From the NCBI GenBank assembly GCA_002483345.1, contig DLHS01000014.1, forward strand, positions 10,180 through 74,179: a stretch of 64,000 bases of DNA, read 5' to 3'. Position 1 is the stretch's first letter. Each line of letters starts with the position of its first letter. The notes beneath the pieces are model-generated. The model saw nothing but the letters and a program-made list of their open reading frames with translations, was not told the origin of the DNA and searched no databases. Origin of the DNA: Bacteroidetes bacterium UBA7662 (lineage in GTDB: Bacteria > Bacteroidota > Bacteroidia > UBA7662). Position numbers and translations under genes: made by a program. Of this stretch, positions 1-10,481 are shown piece by piece.

Positions 1-423
1 CCGGGCAAGGAAGAATACATCGATTCGGAGAAATACGAAGTACGTTTGTGGGACTGGAGTCGCAGCAACAAACTCACGGACCTGATTCGACGGGTAAACC
101 GCATCCGAAGAGAAAACGCGGCGATGCAGCAAACCAATAACATCACATTCTGCAGGGTTGAAAACGACCAGTTACTGGCTTACCTCAAACGCGATGAAGC
201 CACGCAGAATTTCCTTTTGTGCATCGTAAACCTTGACCCCAGGCAGTCGCAGCAGGGTTTTGTGAACCTGCCGTTATCGTTGGTCGGGTTGGTTCCCGAG
301 GCGGCCTATATGGTCACCGACCTGATTACCGGTGCCCGTTACGAATGGCGCGGGGAGTGGAATTTTGTGGATCTGAATCCCGATTTCCTGCCGGTTCATT
401 GTTTCAGAATAGAAAAGTACTGA
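1..423 (+). CDS. glgE: alpha-1,4-glucan:maltose-1-phosphate maltosyltransferase GlgE, C-terminal fragment (5' end outside window)
   Basis: Frame 1 is open from base 1. The translation PGKEEYIDSEKYEVRLWDW...RVNRIRRENAAMQ...LLAYLKRD matches the conserved C-terminal region of GlgE-type GH13 enzymes. It is followed by maltokinase and glgB. Confidence 0.8.
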   Translation, partial: PGKEEYIDSEKYEVRLWDWSRSNKLTDLIRRVNRIRRENAAMQQTNNITFCRVENDQLLAYLKRDEATQNFLLCIVNLDPRQSQQGFVNLPLSLVGLVPEAAYMVTDLITGARYEWRGEWNFVDLNPDFLPVHCFRIEKY

Positions 424-424
424 C

Positions 425-2053
425 ATGGAGAGGCAGGCGATGCTCATGGACATAAATACGGAGAACTGGCCCGGTTTTCTGGAGGAGCATGATTTTCGCG
501 CCTTGTTTACAGCTGAGATACTGCCTGCTTATCTCAAAAAGTGCCGCTGGTTTGCCGGCAAGGCCCGCAAACTGAAAGACATCCGCATCAAGGAAACCAT
601 TCGGTTTACCACCGGCGTGCATACTGTTCTCATCCTCATCATCGATGCCTATTACCGCAGTGGTAAACTGGAGCAGTACCTGCTGCCGGTAGTCTGGACC
701 GAACAGGAACCCGAATCTCCGGAGAAATCGGTGCTCTACCGGAACGAAAACGGCTATCTCGTGGATGCCATCTACGATGCCGCTTTCCGGGCAGGCATTT
801 TCACGGCCATGTACCAGCAGAAAAAAATCAAGGATGGCCCCCACAAATTGATTTTCGAAAAGGGCAGCGCTTTTGAGCCATTTGATTTGAATCAGCCGGT
901 CGCGTCTAAAGTCACCTCCTTTGATCAGAGCAATACCTCGCTTTTTTTCGGGGAACGTTATTTTTTCAAGTTCTACCGCAAATTGTTCCGGGATACCAAT
1001 CCCGATCTGGAAGCCGTTCGTTTTTTGTGTGAGCAAGGCGGTTTTACGCATGTGCCCACCTATGCCGCGAGTATCAGCCTCAAAACCGGCAACCGGGCGG
1101 AGATTACCCTCGGCATGATGCAGAAAAGGGTGGAGAGCGAAGGAGAAGTATGGCACTGGCTGCAGGATGCCATGACCAGCTACCTGCGGTCGGGCGGCAT
1201 ACAGAAATTGCAGGCCTCCCAGGGAGGGGTAGATTGTCTCGCATTGGAAAATTTGCTGGAGGCAGCCGGCACTGCTGTAGCACAGCTGCCTGAAAAGGTG
1301 GTTAAAACAGTAGCCCTTCTGGGAAGACGTACCGCCGAAATGCACAATGCCCTGGCTACTACCACCCGCGACAAAAATTTTGCTGCCGTTTCTTTCGATC
1401 ATGCCTATGCCATGTGGCTGTCGCACCACTTTGACCAGTTGCTGGAGAAACGCCAAACCCTGCTGGCCGATAATTACGGCAAATTGCAGGGACAGGCCCG
1501 GGAACTGGCCGATGGTTTCCGGCAAAATATAGACCTCATCCGAGAGTATTTTGAGTCGGTACAGAACCTCGATGCCCAAAGCCTCCGCATCCGCATCCAC
1601 GGCGATTACCACCTGGGTCAGGTGCTCATCCACCAGGGCGATTTTATCATACTCGACTTTGAAGGAGAGCCTGAAAGCAGCATTACCGACCGTAAAGTGA
1701 GACATTCGCCCCTGAAAGATGTAGCAGGCATGATGCGTTCATTTCATTATGCAGCCTATGTGGCCCTGATCTTCGGACCTATGGCTCAATCGGGTGAAAT
1801 CAACCTGGGTAACCGCGAAGAAATCGCCGAACGTTGGTATCAATGGATAGCCGCTACTTATCTTCACCATTATTTTAACACCATCGATCGTGTACGGTTT
1901 AAACTCACGGACCCGGCCGAAACCAACCAATTGTTGCAGTTGCATCTGCTCGAAAAGGCGGTTTATGAGCTGGGTTACGAACTGAATGGCCGACCCGACT
2001 GGGTCATCATTCCGCTGCAGGGCATCCATCAAATTCTTCGAAAAATAGCCTAA
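425..2053 (+). CDS. maltokinase (Pep2/Mak family, aminoglycoside-phosphotransferase-like fold)
   Basis: 542-aa ORF starting 1 nt after the glgE stop. The kinase core motifs IRIHGDYHLGQVL and ILDFEGEP are typical of Pep2/Mak. The GlgE-pathway context agrees. Confidence 0.7.
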   Translation: MERQAMLMDINTENWPGFLEEHDFRALFTAEILPAYLKKCRWFAGKARKLKDIRIKETIRFTTGVHTVLILIIDAYYRSGKLEQYLLPVVWTEQEPESPEKSVLYRNENGYLVDAIYDAAFRAGIFTAMYQQKKIKDGPHKLIFEKGSAFEPFDLNQPVASKVTSFDQSNTSLFFGERYFFKFYRKLFRDTNPDLEAVRFLCEQGGFTHVPTYAASISLKTGNRAEITLGMMQKRVESEGEVWHWLQDAMTSYLRSGGIQKLQASQGGVDCLALENLLEAAGTAVAQLPEKVVKTVALLGRRTAEMHNALATTTRDKNFAAVSFDHAYAMWLSHHFDQLLEKRQTLLADNYGKLQGQARELADGFRQNIDLIREYFESVQNLDAQSLRIRIHGDYHLGQVLIHQGDFIILDFEGEPESSITDRKVRHSPLKDVAGMMRSFHYAAYVALIFGPMAQSGEINLGNREEIAERWYQWIAATYLHHYFNTIDRVRFKLTDPAETNQLLQLHLLEKAVYELGYELNGRPDWVIIPLQGIHQILRKIA

Positions 2054-2063
2054 TACTACTGCC

Positions 2064-4238
2064 ATGGTTAAACAAACCACCCTTTTCACCGACTACGACA
2101 TCCATCTTTTCAAAGCCGGCAAACACACACGGCTGTATGAAAAAATGGGTGCGCACCTTATGGAATTTGAAGGAGAAAAAGGCGTTTACTTCGCTGTCTG
2201 GGCACCCAATGCCCGGCGGGTGAGTGTGGTAGGCGATTTTAATTTCTGGTCGCCCGGCGCCGATGATCTCTTGACCCGCTGGGATGAGTCAGGTATCTGG
2301 GAAGGATTTATTCCCCACCTGGAGCAGGGCACCAAATACAAATACCACATTGAATCGAATGCAGGCGGTCCGCCGATGGAAAAGGGAGATCCGTTCGCTT
2401 TGCTGTGGGAAAGTCCGCCCAAAACCGCCTCGGTGATCTGGGACATCGCGTATAGCTGGAAAGACAAAAACTGGATGAAAACCAGGGGCGATCGCCAGAA
2501 GCTGGATCAACCTTTTTCAGTGTATGAAGTCCATCTGGGCTCCTGGCGGCGCAAACTGGAAGAAGGCGGCCGTTCGTTTTTGTATACCGAACTCGCCGAT
2601 GAACTGGTTGGTTATGTCAAACACATGAACTATACCCATGTGGAAATGCTGCCAGTGATGGAACATCCGTTTTTTGGCTCCTGGGGATATCAGATTACCG
2701 GTTATTTCGCCCCCAGTTCACGTTTTGGAAGCCCGCAGGAGTTCATGTACCTCATCGAACGCTTCCATGCGGAAGGAATAGGCGTGATACTCGACTGGGT
2801 ACCCTCTCACTTTCCGACAGACGGACATGGCCTTGCTTTTTTCGACGGCACCCACCTGTACGAGCATGCTGATCCCAAAAAAGGGTATCATCCCGACTGG
2901 AAAAGTTACATTTTCAATTACGACCGCAACGAAGTGCGCAGCTTTCTGCTGAGCAATGCTGTTTTCTGGTTAGATAAGTTTCACATCGACGGTTTACGGG
3001 TTGATGCCGTCGCTTCCATGTTGTACCTCGATTATTCGCGCAACGAAGGCGAGTGGATACCCAACGAATTTGGGGGAAGAGAAAACCTGGGCGCCATCTC
3101 GCTGCTGAAAGAGTTCAACGAAGTGGTTTACAAAGACTTTCCGGATATTCAGACCATCGCCGAAGAATCGACTGCCTGGCCACAGGTTTCCCGGCCTACC
3201 AGCGGAGGTGGTCTGGGTTTTGGCATGAAATGGATGATGGGCTGGATGCACGACACCCTGAAATATTTCAAGGAAGACCCGCTTTTCAGGCCTTTCCACC
3301 ACGACAAGATTACTTTCAGCATCATGTATGCTTTCAGTGAGAACTTCATGCTGCCCCTGTCGCACGACGAGGTAGTGCATGGTAAAGGCTCGCTGATTAC
3401 TAAAATGCCCGGAGATGAATGGCAGAAATTCGCCAATCTGAGGCTGATGTTTGCTTATATGTATACCCATCCCGGTACCAAACTCAATTTTATGGGCAGT
3501 GAATTGGCCCAGGTGCGGGAGTGGAACCACGACAGCAGTGTAGACTGGCACCTGCTCGATTATGCCCCCAACAAAGGCATCAATGAGCTGGTAAGAGATT
3601 TAAACATCCTCTACAAAACAGAAAAGGCGCTGCACGAGCTACAGTTCGACGAAGCTGGTTTTGAATGGATAGATGGCTCCGACCGGACCAACAGCGTCAT
3701 CACTTACCTGCGCAGGGCGAAAGACCCCGGGGAACAGTTGGTGATAGTGGCTAACCTCACACCGGTGGTGCGTCACAACTACCGTATAGGGGTGCCTGAG
3801 GAAGGTCAGTATGAGATGCTGTTCAACAGTGATGATCATAAATACTGGGGTAGTGGGGTAGGCAATGGCGGTTTAAAAACCGAGCCCACCCGTTACCACT
3901 GGAAAGACAATTCCCTGGTGCTTACACTGCCGCCTTTGGGTTTGCTCGTACTGAAAATCACCAGTAAAAAAGGTCTTTCTTCCAAAAAGGAAACGAAAGT
4001 AAAGAGCGAAAAACAAGCAAAAAAGGTGGTTACTAAAAAGGCGGCCTCCGAAAAGCCGGCCGCAGCGCCTGTGAAAACCAAATCCATCGCCCCGCCCCGG
4101 CCTGCGGCCAAGCCGGCCAAAGAAAAAGCCCCTGAAGCCACCAAAGCGACAGCAGGCTTGAAAAAGACAGCCTCCAAAGCAGCAACTGTAAAGTCTCCCG
4201 CAGCTGTAGCAGCCAAAACGCCGAAAAAGAAAGCCTGA
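2064..4238 (+). CDS. glgB: 1,4-alpha-glucan branching enzyme GlgB with a 92-aa Lys/Ala/Pro-rich C-terminal tail
   Basis: GH13 conserved regions DWVPSHF, GLRVDAVASM, IAEEST and LSHDEV are present, as is a CBM48-like N-terminus (VYFAVWAPNARRVSVVGDFNFW). The tail spans nt 3960-4235. Confidence 0.9.
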   Translation: MVKQTTLFTDYDIHLFKAGKHTRLYEKMGAHLMEFEGEKGVYFAVWAPNARRVSVVGDFNFWSPGADDLLTRWDESGIWEGFIPHLEQGTKYKYHIESNAGGPPMEKGDPFALLWESPPKTASVIWDIAYSWKDKNWMKTRGDRQKLDQPFSVYEVHLGSWRRKLEEGGRSFLYTELADELVGYVKHMNYTHVEMLPVMEHPFFGSWGYQITGYFAPSSRFGSPQEFMYLIERFHAEGIGVILDWVPSHFPTDGHGLAFFDGTHLYEHADPKKGYHPDWKSYIFNYDRNEVRSFLLSNAVFWLDKFHIDGLRVDAVASMLYLDYSRNEGEWIPNEFGGRENLGAISLLKEFNEVVYKDFPDIQTIAEESTAWPQVSRPTSGGGLGFGMKWMMGWMHDTLKYFKEDPLFRPFHHDKITFSIMYAFSENFMLPLSHDEVVHGKGSLITKMPGDEWQKFANLRLMFAYMYTHPGTKLNFMGSELAQVREWNHDSSVDWHLLDYAPNKGINELVRDLNILYKTEKALHELQFDEAGFEWIDGSDRTNSVITYLRRAKDPGEQLVIVANLTPVVRHNYRIGVPEEGQYEMLFNSDDHKYWGSGVGNGGLKTEPTRYHWKDNSLVLTLPPLGLLVLKITSKKGLSSKKETKVKSEKQAKKVVTKKAASEKPAAAPVKTKSIAPPRPAAKPAKEKAPEATKATAGLKKTASKAATVKSPAAVAAKTPKKKA

Positions 4239-6112
4239 TGTTTAGACAGAAAATTACAGGGCGGCTGATAACGCTGCTTGCTATGTTGTGCGCTTCCAGC
4301 ATGGTTCAGGCACAGGCCGTGAAGCCTGTTGAGCGGATAGAGCCTTTGCACTGGTATGTCGATATGGCTGAACCGGTCCTGCAATTGCTGGTTTACGGTA
4401 AAAATATAGGCCAGGCTACCTTGACTCTGACGGACTATCCGGGTGTTAAAATCAAACAACAGCAAACGGTAGCGAACCCGAATTACCTGTTTGTTGATCT
4501 GGAGATAGCACCGGGGACCCATCCCGGTTTGCTGAAACTGAATTTCAGTCTTCAGAAGAAAAAAGTGCAATACCGCTACGAGCTGAAAGCCAGACGTTTC
4601 CCCGATAACAGGGTGAATGGCTTTCATCAGGGAGACCTGCTGTACCTCATCATGCCCGACCGCTTCGCGAACGGCAATCCCCAAAACGACAGCATGCCCG
4701 GGATGCGTGAAAACAAAATCGACCGTAAAACCGACAACCGCCGGCACGGCGGCGATCTGGCCGGTATCCGCCGGAATCTGCCCTATGTGAAAGATTTGGG
4801 CATTACCACCCTCTGGCTGAATCCGGTTCAGGAAAACAACCAGCCGCATGAATCCTACCACGGCTATGCCGTAACCGACTGGTACAAAGTAGACCCCCGT
4901 TTCGGTACCAATGCCGAATATGTAGCGCTGGTGGAGGAGGCTCACCAAAAGGGGCTGAAAGTCATCATGGACCTGGTGCATAACCATGTGGGCGATCAAC
5001 ACTGGTTTATCCGCGATCTGCCCATGGCCGACTGGGTCAACCAATGGCCTTCGTTTACCCGCACCACTTATCGCGCCATCACCCATGTAGATCCCTATGC
5101 AGATGCGGCCGACCAGAAAATCATGCGCGACGGCTGGTTCGACAACCACATGCCCGATCTGAACCAGCGCAATCCGCTGTTGGCAAAGTACCTCATTCAA
5201 AACAACATCTGGTGGGTAGAATATGCCGGTCTGAATGGCTTCCGTCTCGATACCTATGCCTATCCCGATGAGGACTTCATGCGGGATTGTGTGGGTGCCA
5301 TCCGCAAACAATACCCCGATATCGGTGTGGTGGGAGAGGTATGGGTACAAACTGTAGCCGAATCGGCTTACTGGGCGGAGGGTAACCGTCTCCATGCGGA
5401 GCCGGCCACCAATCTTCCCGGGGTAACCGATTTCCCGCTGTACGATGCTGTCAGAGATGGCCTGAATGAGCCATTTGGATGGAATACCGGTCTGCGCCGC
5501 ATCTACTATACTTTGGCTCAGGACGGGCTGTATGGGGATGCCTCAAAGAATGTCATTTTTCTGGATAACCACGATATATCACGTGCATGGGCAGTCTTTA
5601 AACAGGATATGGCGCACATGAAAATGGCCCATGTTATGTTGCTGACGATGCGGGGAATACCACAGTTGTATTATGGTTCAGAGTTGTTGTTTGGCAATTA
5701 TGCCAATGGCGGCGGCACCAATGTGCGTCAGGATATGCCAGGGGGCTGGCAGGGCGACAGTACAAATGTATTCACCGCCACCGGCCGCAGCCAGCAACAA
5801 AACGAGCTTTTTGATTACATCAGCCGCCTGGCGAGGTGGAGGCAAGGCAGCGATGCCATCCGCTTCGGGAAACTCACGCAGTTTGTGCCTGAAGACAATG
5901 TATACGTCTACTTCCGCCACACAGAAAACAGCAGTGTGATGGTGGTTGTAAATGCCGACAAAACCGATAAAACACTCGATGCCAAACGTTTTGCGAGCCG
6001 TCTGAACGGTTTTAAGGGCGCCATGGATGTTGTCAGCGGACAGTATACCGTTGATTTGAACAAACTGCGCATACCGGCCAAAACAGCCCTGGTGCTCGAT
6101 CTTCAAAAATGA
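4238..6112 (+). CDS. secreted GH13 alpha-amylase-family hydrolase (cyclomaltodextrinase/neopullulanase-like)
   Basis: N-terminal signal peptide (LLAMLCASSMVQAQA). GH13 regions VIMDLVHNHVG, GFRLDTYAY, VVGEVW and FLDNHDI are present. The start overlaps the glgB stop (TGATG). Confidence 0.8.
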   Translation: MFRQKITGRLITLLAMLCASSMVQAQAVKPVERIEPLHWYVDMAEPVLQLLVYGKNIGQATLTLTDYPGVKIKQQQTVANPNYLFVDLEIAPGTHPGLLKLNFSLQKKKVQYRYELKARRFPDNRVNGFHQGDLLYLIMPDRFANGNPQNDSMPGMRENKIDRKTDNRRHGGDLAGIRRNLPYVKDLGITTLWLNPVQENNQPHESYHGYAVTDWYKVDPRFGTNAEYVALVEEAHQKGLKVIMDLVHNHVGDQHWFIRDLPMADWVNQWPSFTRTTYRAITHVDPYADAADQKIMRDGWFDNHMPDLNQRNPLLAKYLIQNNIWWVEYAGLNGFRLDTYAYPDEDFMRDCVGAIRKQYPDIGVVGEVWVQTVAESAYWAEGNRLHAEPATNLPGVTDFPLYDAVRDGLNEPFGWNTGLRRIYYTLAQDGLYGDASKNVIFLDNHDISRAWAVFKQDMAHMKMAHVMLLTMRGIPQLYYGSELLFGNYANGGGTNVRQDMPGGWQGDSTNVFTATGRSQQQNELFDYISRLARWRQGSDAIRFGKLTQFVPEDNVYVYFRHTENSSVMVVVNADKTDKTLDAKRFASRLNGFKGAMDVVSGQYTVDLNKLRIPAKTALVLDLQK

Positions 6113-8544
6113 AAACTGGAAAACGATACATCTGCATTCACGGGCACTTTTACCAGCCACCCCGTGAAAATGCCTGGCTGGAGGAGATAGAAATACAGGA
6201 TTCAGCTTATCCGTACCACGACTGGAACGAGCGGATTACGGCTGAATGTTATGGTCCCAACAGCGTCAGCCGGATGTTGAATGGCAGCGGCAAAATTGTC
6301 GATATCATTAACAATTACACGAAAATGAGCTTCAATTTTGGCCCGACCCTGCTCAGCTGGATGGAGGCCAAATCTCCGGAGGTATATGCCGCCATTCTGG
6401 AAGCCGATCGTCAGAGTATTGATTTGCATGGTGGTCATGGTTCAGCCATCGCGCAGGTGTACAACCACCTCATCATGCCCCTCGCCAACCGCCGCGACAA
6501 GCAAACCCAGGTGATCTGGGGTCTGCGCGATTTCGAAAAACGATTTAACCGCAAAGCCGAAGGCATGTGGCTGGCCGAAACGGCTGTAGATACAGAGACG
6601 CTGGAAATACTGGCCGAGCAGGGTGTCGCCTTCACCATATTGGCGCCCCGCCAGGCCAAAGCAGTGCGCAAAACCGGCGAAGAAACCTGGCATGCGGTTC
6701 AGGAAGATAACCTGGATACCCTGCAGCACTACCGCTGTGTTTTACCTTCCGGGAAGTCGATTACCCTCTTTTTCTACAATGGCCGGGTATCCCAGAAAGT
6801 AGCCTTCGAAGGCCTGCTGAAAGATGGCCGTACCATGGCCGACGCCCTCACCGAAGCCTTCGACCCAGGCAGGGAAGGCCCTCAATTAGTACACATCGCC
6901 ACCGACGGGGAGAGTTACGGTCACCACCACCGTTATGGTGAGATGGCCCTGACCTTCTGCATGCGCTACATCGAAAGCAACCAACTGGCGGAAATCACCA
7001 ACTATGCCCGCTATGCGGCCGAAATAACCCCTGAATTTGAAGTGCAGATACAGGAAAACACCTCCTGGAGCTGTTATCACGGGGTAGAACGCTGGAAATC
7101 GGATTGCGGCTGCAATACCGGAAAACCCGGCACCCAACAGCAGTGGCGGCAACCACTGCGCGAAGCCCTTGATTGGCTTCGTGACCAGCTGACGGCAGAG
7201 TACGAAAGTCAGATGTCGATTTTTACCCCTGATATCTGGAAAATCCGCAACGACTATATCAACGTAATCCTTGACAGGGGCCCTGAAAACATAGCTGTTT
7301 TTCTGAACAACCACCTCTATTTCGAGGTAGATGGTCAGCGCCGCACCAAAGTGCTGCGGATGCTCGAAATGATGCGGCAGTGCCAGCTCATGTACACCAG
7401 CTGCGGTTGGTTTTTCGATGAGATATCAGGCATCGAAACCTTACAGATACTCCAGTATGCCAACCGGGCCATACAGATTGCCGAAACGGAATCGAATTTA
7501 TCGCTCGACGAGCCTTTCCGGGCCATTCTGACCCGGGCACCTTCCAATGAGCCGGCGCATGAAAACGGGGGACGCATTTATGAGGAAATCATCAAACCCG
7601 GTCGTTTATCGCTGACTAAGGTGGGGATGCATTATGTGGTTAATGCCTTGTTTGCCGATAATCCTGAGAAGTTGTATGTGATGTCGTTTGGTTTTGAAAG
7701 CGATTTTTTTGAGCGGATGGAAGCCGGTTTGCACCGCCTGGCCATCGGTCGGACGACTATCCGGAGTAAAATCACCTGTTCGGAGAAACACTTCTCCTTC
7801 GCGGTCATTTACCTGGGTCAGCACCACATCATAGGCAGTGCCTCCGATAATCTGCCTGAATCCGTATTTAATCGCCTGTACGAAGAGCTGCGTACCGCCT
7901 TCCATGAAGGGAATCTGGCCGAAGTTATTCACCTCATTACCCAGCATTTCGGGTCGGATACCTTCTCTTTCTGGCAGTTGTTCAAGGATGAACAGAAAAA
8001 AGTGCTGAACCGGCTGGTCAATCAGGAAACCGAGCAGGCGGAGGTAGCCATGCGGGCGGTTTACGACCGCAACTACAACCTCATGAATGTGCTCAAGCGG
8101 GTGAATATTCCCATGCCCATGTTGTTTCGTAAAAACCTGGAGCTGGTAATCAACAACCAGCTCCGCAAGTTTTTCCAGCATCCCGATGCCCGTGCGGTTG
8201 AGCTGAAAAGGCTGACAGAAGAAGTAAACAAATGGCAGATACCGATAGAGAAAGAGGTACTCGCTTTTGTCGCCACCGAGAAGCTCAACGAGATGTTAGC
8301 TGATTTCGCGGACCACCCCGACCAACTTGCTGCTATCATCAATCTGTACCAGATACTGCAACACCTGAACGAACTGGGTATAGAACCCGACTTATGGAAA
8401 CTGCAGAACCTCTGCTTTCAGATCGGTAAAACCCACCTGCACCACTGGCAGGGCGAAGATCCACAGGTTAAGGAACTGCGCTGGTTTTACGACCGCCTGG
8501 CACAACGGTTGAACATTAGCCTGGAGTTGGTAGCAGTATCCTGA
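6109..8544 (+). CDS. glycoside hydrolase family 57 protein with a long C-terminal helical (DUF3536-like) region
   Basis: N-terminal ICIHGHFYQPPRENAW and ATDGESYGHHH motifs are characteristic of GH57. There is a 4-nt overlap with the upstream GH13 gene. Confidence 0.8.
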   Translation: MKTGKRYICIHGHFYQPPRENAWLEEIEIQDSAYPYHDWNERITAECYGPNSVSRMLNGSGKIVDIINNYTKMSFNFGPTLLSWMEAKSPEVYAAILEADRQSIDLHGGHGSAIAQVYNHLIMPLANRRDKQTQVIWGLRDFEKRFNRKAEGMWLAETAVDTETLEILAEQGVAFTILAPRQAKAVRKTGEETWHAVQEDNLDTLQHYRCVLPSGKSITLFFYNGRVSQKVAFEGLLKDGRTMADALTEAFDPGREGPQLVHIATDGESYGHHHRYGEMALTFCMRYIESNQLAEITNYARYAAEITPEFEVQIQENTSWSCYHGVERWKSDCGCNTGKPGTQQQWRQPLREALDWLRDQLTAEYESQMSIFTPDIWKIRNDYINVILDRGPENIAVFLNNHLYFEVDGQRRTKVLRMLEMMRQCQLMYTSCGWFFDEISGIETLQILQYANRAIQIAETESNLSLDEPFRAILTRAPSNEPAHENGGRIYEEIIKPGRLSLTKVGMHYVVNALFADNPEKLYVMSFGFESDFFERMEAGLHRLAIGRTTIRSKITCSEKHFSFAVIYLGQHHIIGSASDNLPESVFNRLYEELRTAFHEGNLAEVIHLITQHFGSDTFSFWQLFKDEQKKVLNRLVNQETEQAEVAMRAVYDRNYNLMNVLKRVNIPMPMLFRKNLELVINNQLRKFFQHPDARAVELKRLTEEVNKWQIPIEKEVLAFVATEKLNEMLADFADHPDQLAAIINLYQILQHLNELGIEPDLWKLQNLCFQIGKTHLHHWQGEDPQVKELRWFYDRLAQRLNISLELVAVS

Positions 8545-8615
8545 TCCGACAGCTTGCAGTCAAATGTCAATCTGTCCGGTGCTGAAATTGATAAACAAAT
8601 TCGGACACTGACTTG

Positions 8616-8623
8616 TAATTTTG
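8616..8623 (+). promoter_or_regulatory. Bacteroidota-type -7 promoter box (TAATTTTG, consensus TAnnTTTG) upstream of hutU
   Basis: Exact match to TAnnTTTG about 20 nt upstream of the hutU ATG. Confidence 0.35.
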
Positions 8624-8642
8624 TCAAATCAAAAGCCAAACG

Positions 8643-10319
8643 ATGGAAATCACCCAGCGCAAACTCGATCTCTCCAAAACCAAAACGCCCACCGGAACCA
8701 CCCTCAGCTGTAAAGGCTGGGTACAGGAGGCTGCCTTGCGCATGCTGCATAACAACCTCGATCCGGAGGTGGCCGAAAGGCCGGAGGAGCTGATTGTGTA
8801 TGGTGGCCGCGGCAAAGCCGCCCGCAATGTGGATGCATTTGAACTCATCGTAAAGGCATTGCGTGATCTCGAAGATGATGAAACGCTGGTGGTGCAAAGC
8901 GGTAAACCGGTGGCTATACTGCCCACCCATACCGACGCACCGCGGGTGATTATCTCTAACTCCATGCTGGTGCCCAACTGGGCCAACTGGGAACATTTTA
9001 CCGAACTCGATAAAAAAGGACTCATGATGTACGGTCAGATGACGGCCGGTTCATGGATTTATATTGGCTCGCAGGGCATTGTACAAGGCACCTATGAAAC
9101 CTTCAATGCCGTTGCCGACAAACATTTTGGCGGATCACTGAAAGGCCGTCTGTGTGTGACAGCCGGTTTGGGCGGTATGGGTGGTGCGCAGCCCCTCGCC
9201 ATCACCATGGCCGACGGCGTTTGCCTGGCCGCTGAAGTAGAAGCCTGGCGTGCTGAAAAAAGGGTAGAAACCCGTTACCTCGACTACATTGAATACGACA
9301 TAGACAAAGCCATCGACCACGCTCTGGCCCTCCAGGCAAAAGGAGAAGCCAAATCGATAGGGGTCATTTGTACGGCGGTAGACCTGCTGCAACGGCTGCT
9401 CGACCGCAACATCATACCTGATGTACTGACCGATCAGACTTCTGCCCATGATCCGCTGGTGGGTTATCTGCCGCAAGGTATTTCGGTAGAGGAGGGGAAC
9501 ATCCTTCGGGAAAACAACCCCGATCAGTACATCAAAATGTCGTATGAAGCCATGGCACAACATACGAGGCTGATGCTGCAATTGCAGGAACTGGGTTCTG
9601 TCACCTTCGATTATGGTAATAACCTGCGGGGCCGTGCACTGGAGGTGGGTGTTGAAAACGCCTTTGATTTTCCCGGTTTTGTGCCGGCTTATATACGCCC
9701 GCTTTTCTGTGAAGGCAAAGGGCCGTTCCGCTGGGTGGCATTATCAGGCGATCCGGAAGATATCAGGGTAACGGATGAGCTCATGCTGGAGTTATTCCCG
9801 GACGATAAAGGCCTGCATCGCTGGATTAAGATGGCGCAGGAGCGCATCGCTTTCCAGGGATTACCTGCCAGAATTTGCTGGATAGGTCAGGGCGACCGTG
9901 AAAAGGCCGGTCTTGCATTTAACGAATTGGTCAGAACCGGCAAAGTTAAAGCACCCATTGTAATCGGCCGGGATCACCTCGATACAGGCTCTGTTGCCTC
10001 CCCCAACCGCGAAACCGAAGCTATGCTCGACGGTTCAGATGCCGTAGCCGACTGGCCTGTACTCAATGCCCTGATCAATACAGCAGGCGGTGCTTCCTGG
10101 GTCAGCCTGCATCATGGCGGTGGGGTAGGGATGGGTTACTCCATTCACGCGGGCATGGTCATCGTCGCCGATGGTACCACTGCCGCTGCCAAACGCCTGA
10201 AACGTGTCTTACACAACGATCCGGCCATGGGTGTCATCCGCCATATGGACGCAGGCTACGACATCGCCCTGGATACCGCCCGCAAACACCGGCTCGACAT
10301 TCGGGAAAGACTGGCTTGA
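8643..10319 (+). CDS. hutU: urocanate hydratase
   Basis: 558 aa. The N-terminal [38 protein letters not shown] and the rest of the protein match HutU along the full length. Confidence 0.9.
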   Translation: MEITQRKLDLSKTKTPTGTTLSCKGWVQEAALRMLHNNLDPEVAERPEELIVYGGRGKAARNVDAFELIVKALRDLEDDETLVVQSGKPVAILPTHTDAPRVIISNSMLVPNWANWEHFTELDKKGLMMYGQMTAGSWIYIGSQGIVQGTYETFNAVADKHFGGSLKGRLCVTAGLGGMGGAQPLAITMADGVCLAAEVEAWRAEKRVETRYLDYIEYDIDKAIDHALALQAKGEAKSIGVICTAVDLLQRLLDRNIIPDVLTDQTSAHDPLVGYLPQGISVEEGNILRENNPDQYIKMSYEAMAQHTRLMLQLQELGSVTFDYGNNLRGRALEVGVENAFDFPGFVPAYIRPLFCEGKGPFRWVALSGDPEDIRVTDELMLELFPDDKGLHRWIKMAQERIAFQGLPARICWIGQGDREKAGLAFNELVRTGKVKAPIVIGRDHLDTGSVASPNRETEAMLDGSDAVADWPVLNALINTAGGASWVSLHHGGGVGMGYSIHAGMVIVADGTTAAAKRLKRVLHNDPAMGVIRHMDAGYDIALDTARKHRLDIRERLA

Positions 10320-10342
10320 AGACATCGAGAGGGCGAGAAACG

Positions 10343-10467
10343 AGACGTGAGACTGGAGCCGTAAGCGTGGCCTCTAGGGCCACAATCTGCGTAAGCGTAA
10401 GCGCAACCCAGCGAACCTGTGGCCTGTAGGGCCACAACCCTTATCTCACGTCTCCAGTCTCACGTCT
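10343..10467. repeat. nested palindromic element between convergent hutU and the lrp-family gene (REP-like element or bidirectional terminator)
   Basis: A 16-bp perfect inverted repeat, AGACGTGAGACTGGAG (10343-10358) / CTCCAGTCTCACGTCT (10452-10467), encloses two near-identical hairpin units. These are GTGGCCTCTAGGGCCAC (10367-10383) and GTGGCCTGTAGGGCCAC (10419-10435). Confidence 0.6.
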
Positions 10468-10481
10468 TCCGTCTTAAGCAA

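Noticed and set aside
404-1705. 433-aa ORF antisense to the maltokinase gene
   Set aside because: It lies fully inside a plus-strand gene with clear family motifs. Its translation is compositionally odd, with no recognisable motif. Long antisense ORFs are expected in GC-richer coding DNA.
3893-5395. 500-aa ORF antisense to the glgB tail and GH13 gene
   Set aside because: It spans two well-supported plus-strand genes and has no motifs; an antisense artefact.
8487-9581. Several 130-170-aa minus-strand ORFs inside hutU
   Set aside because: They overlap a full-length, highly conserved hutU on the other strand and have no motifs.
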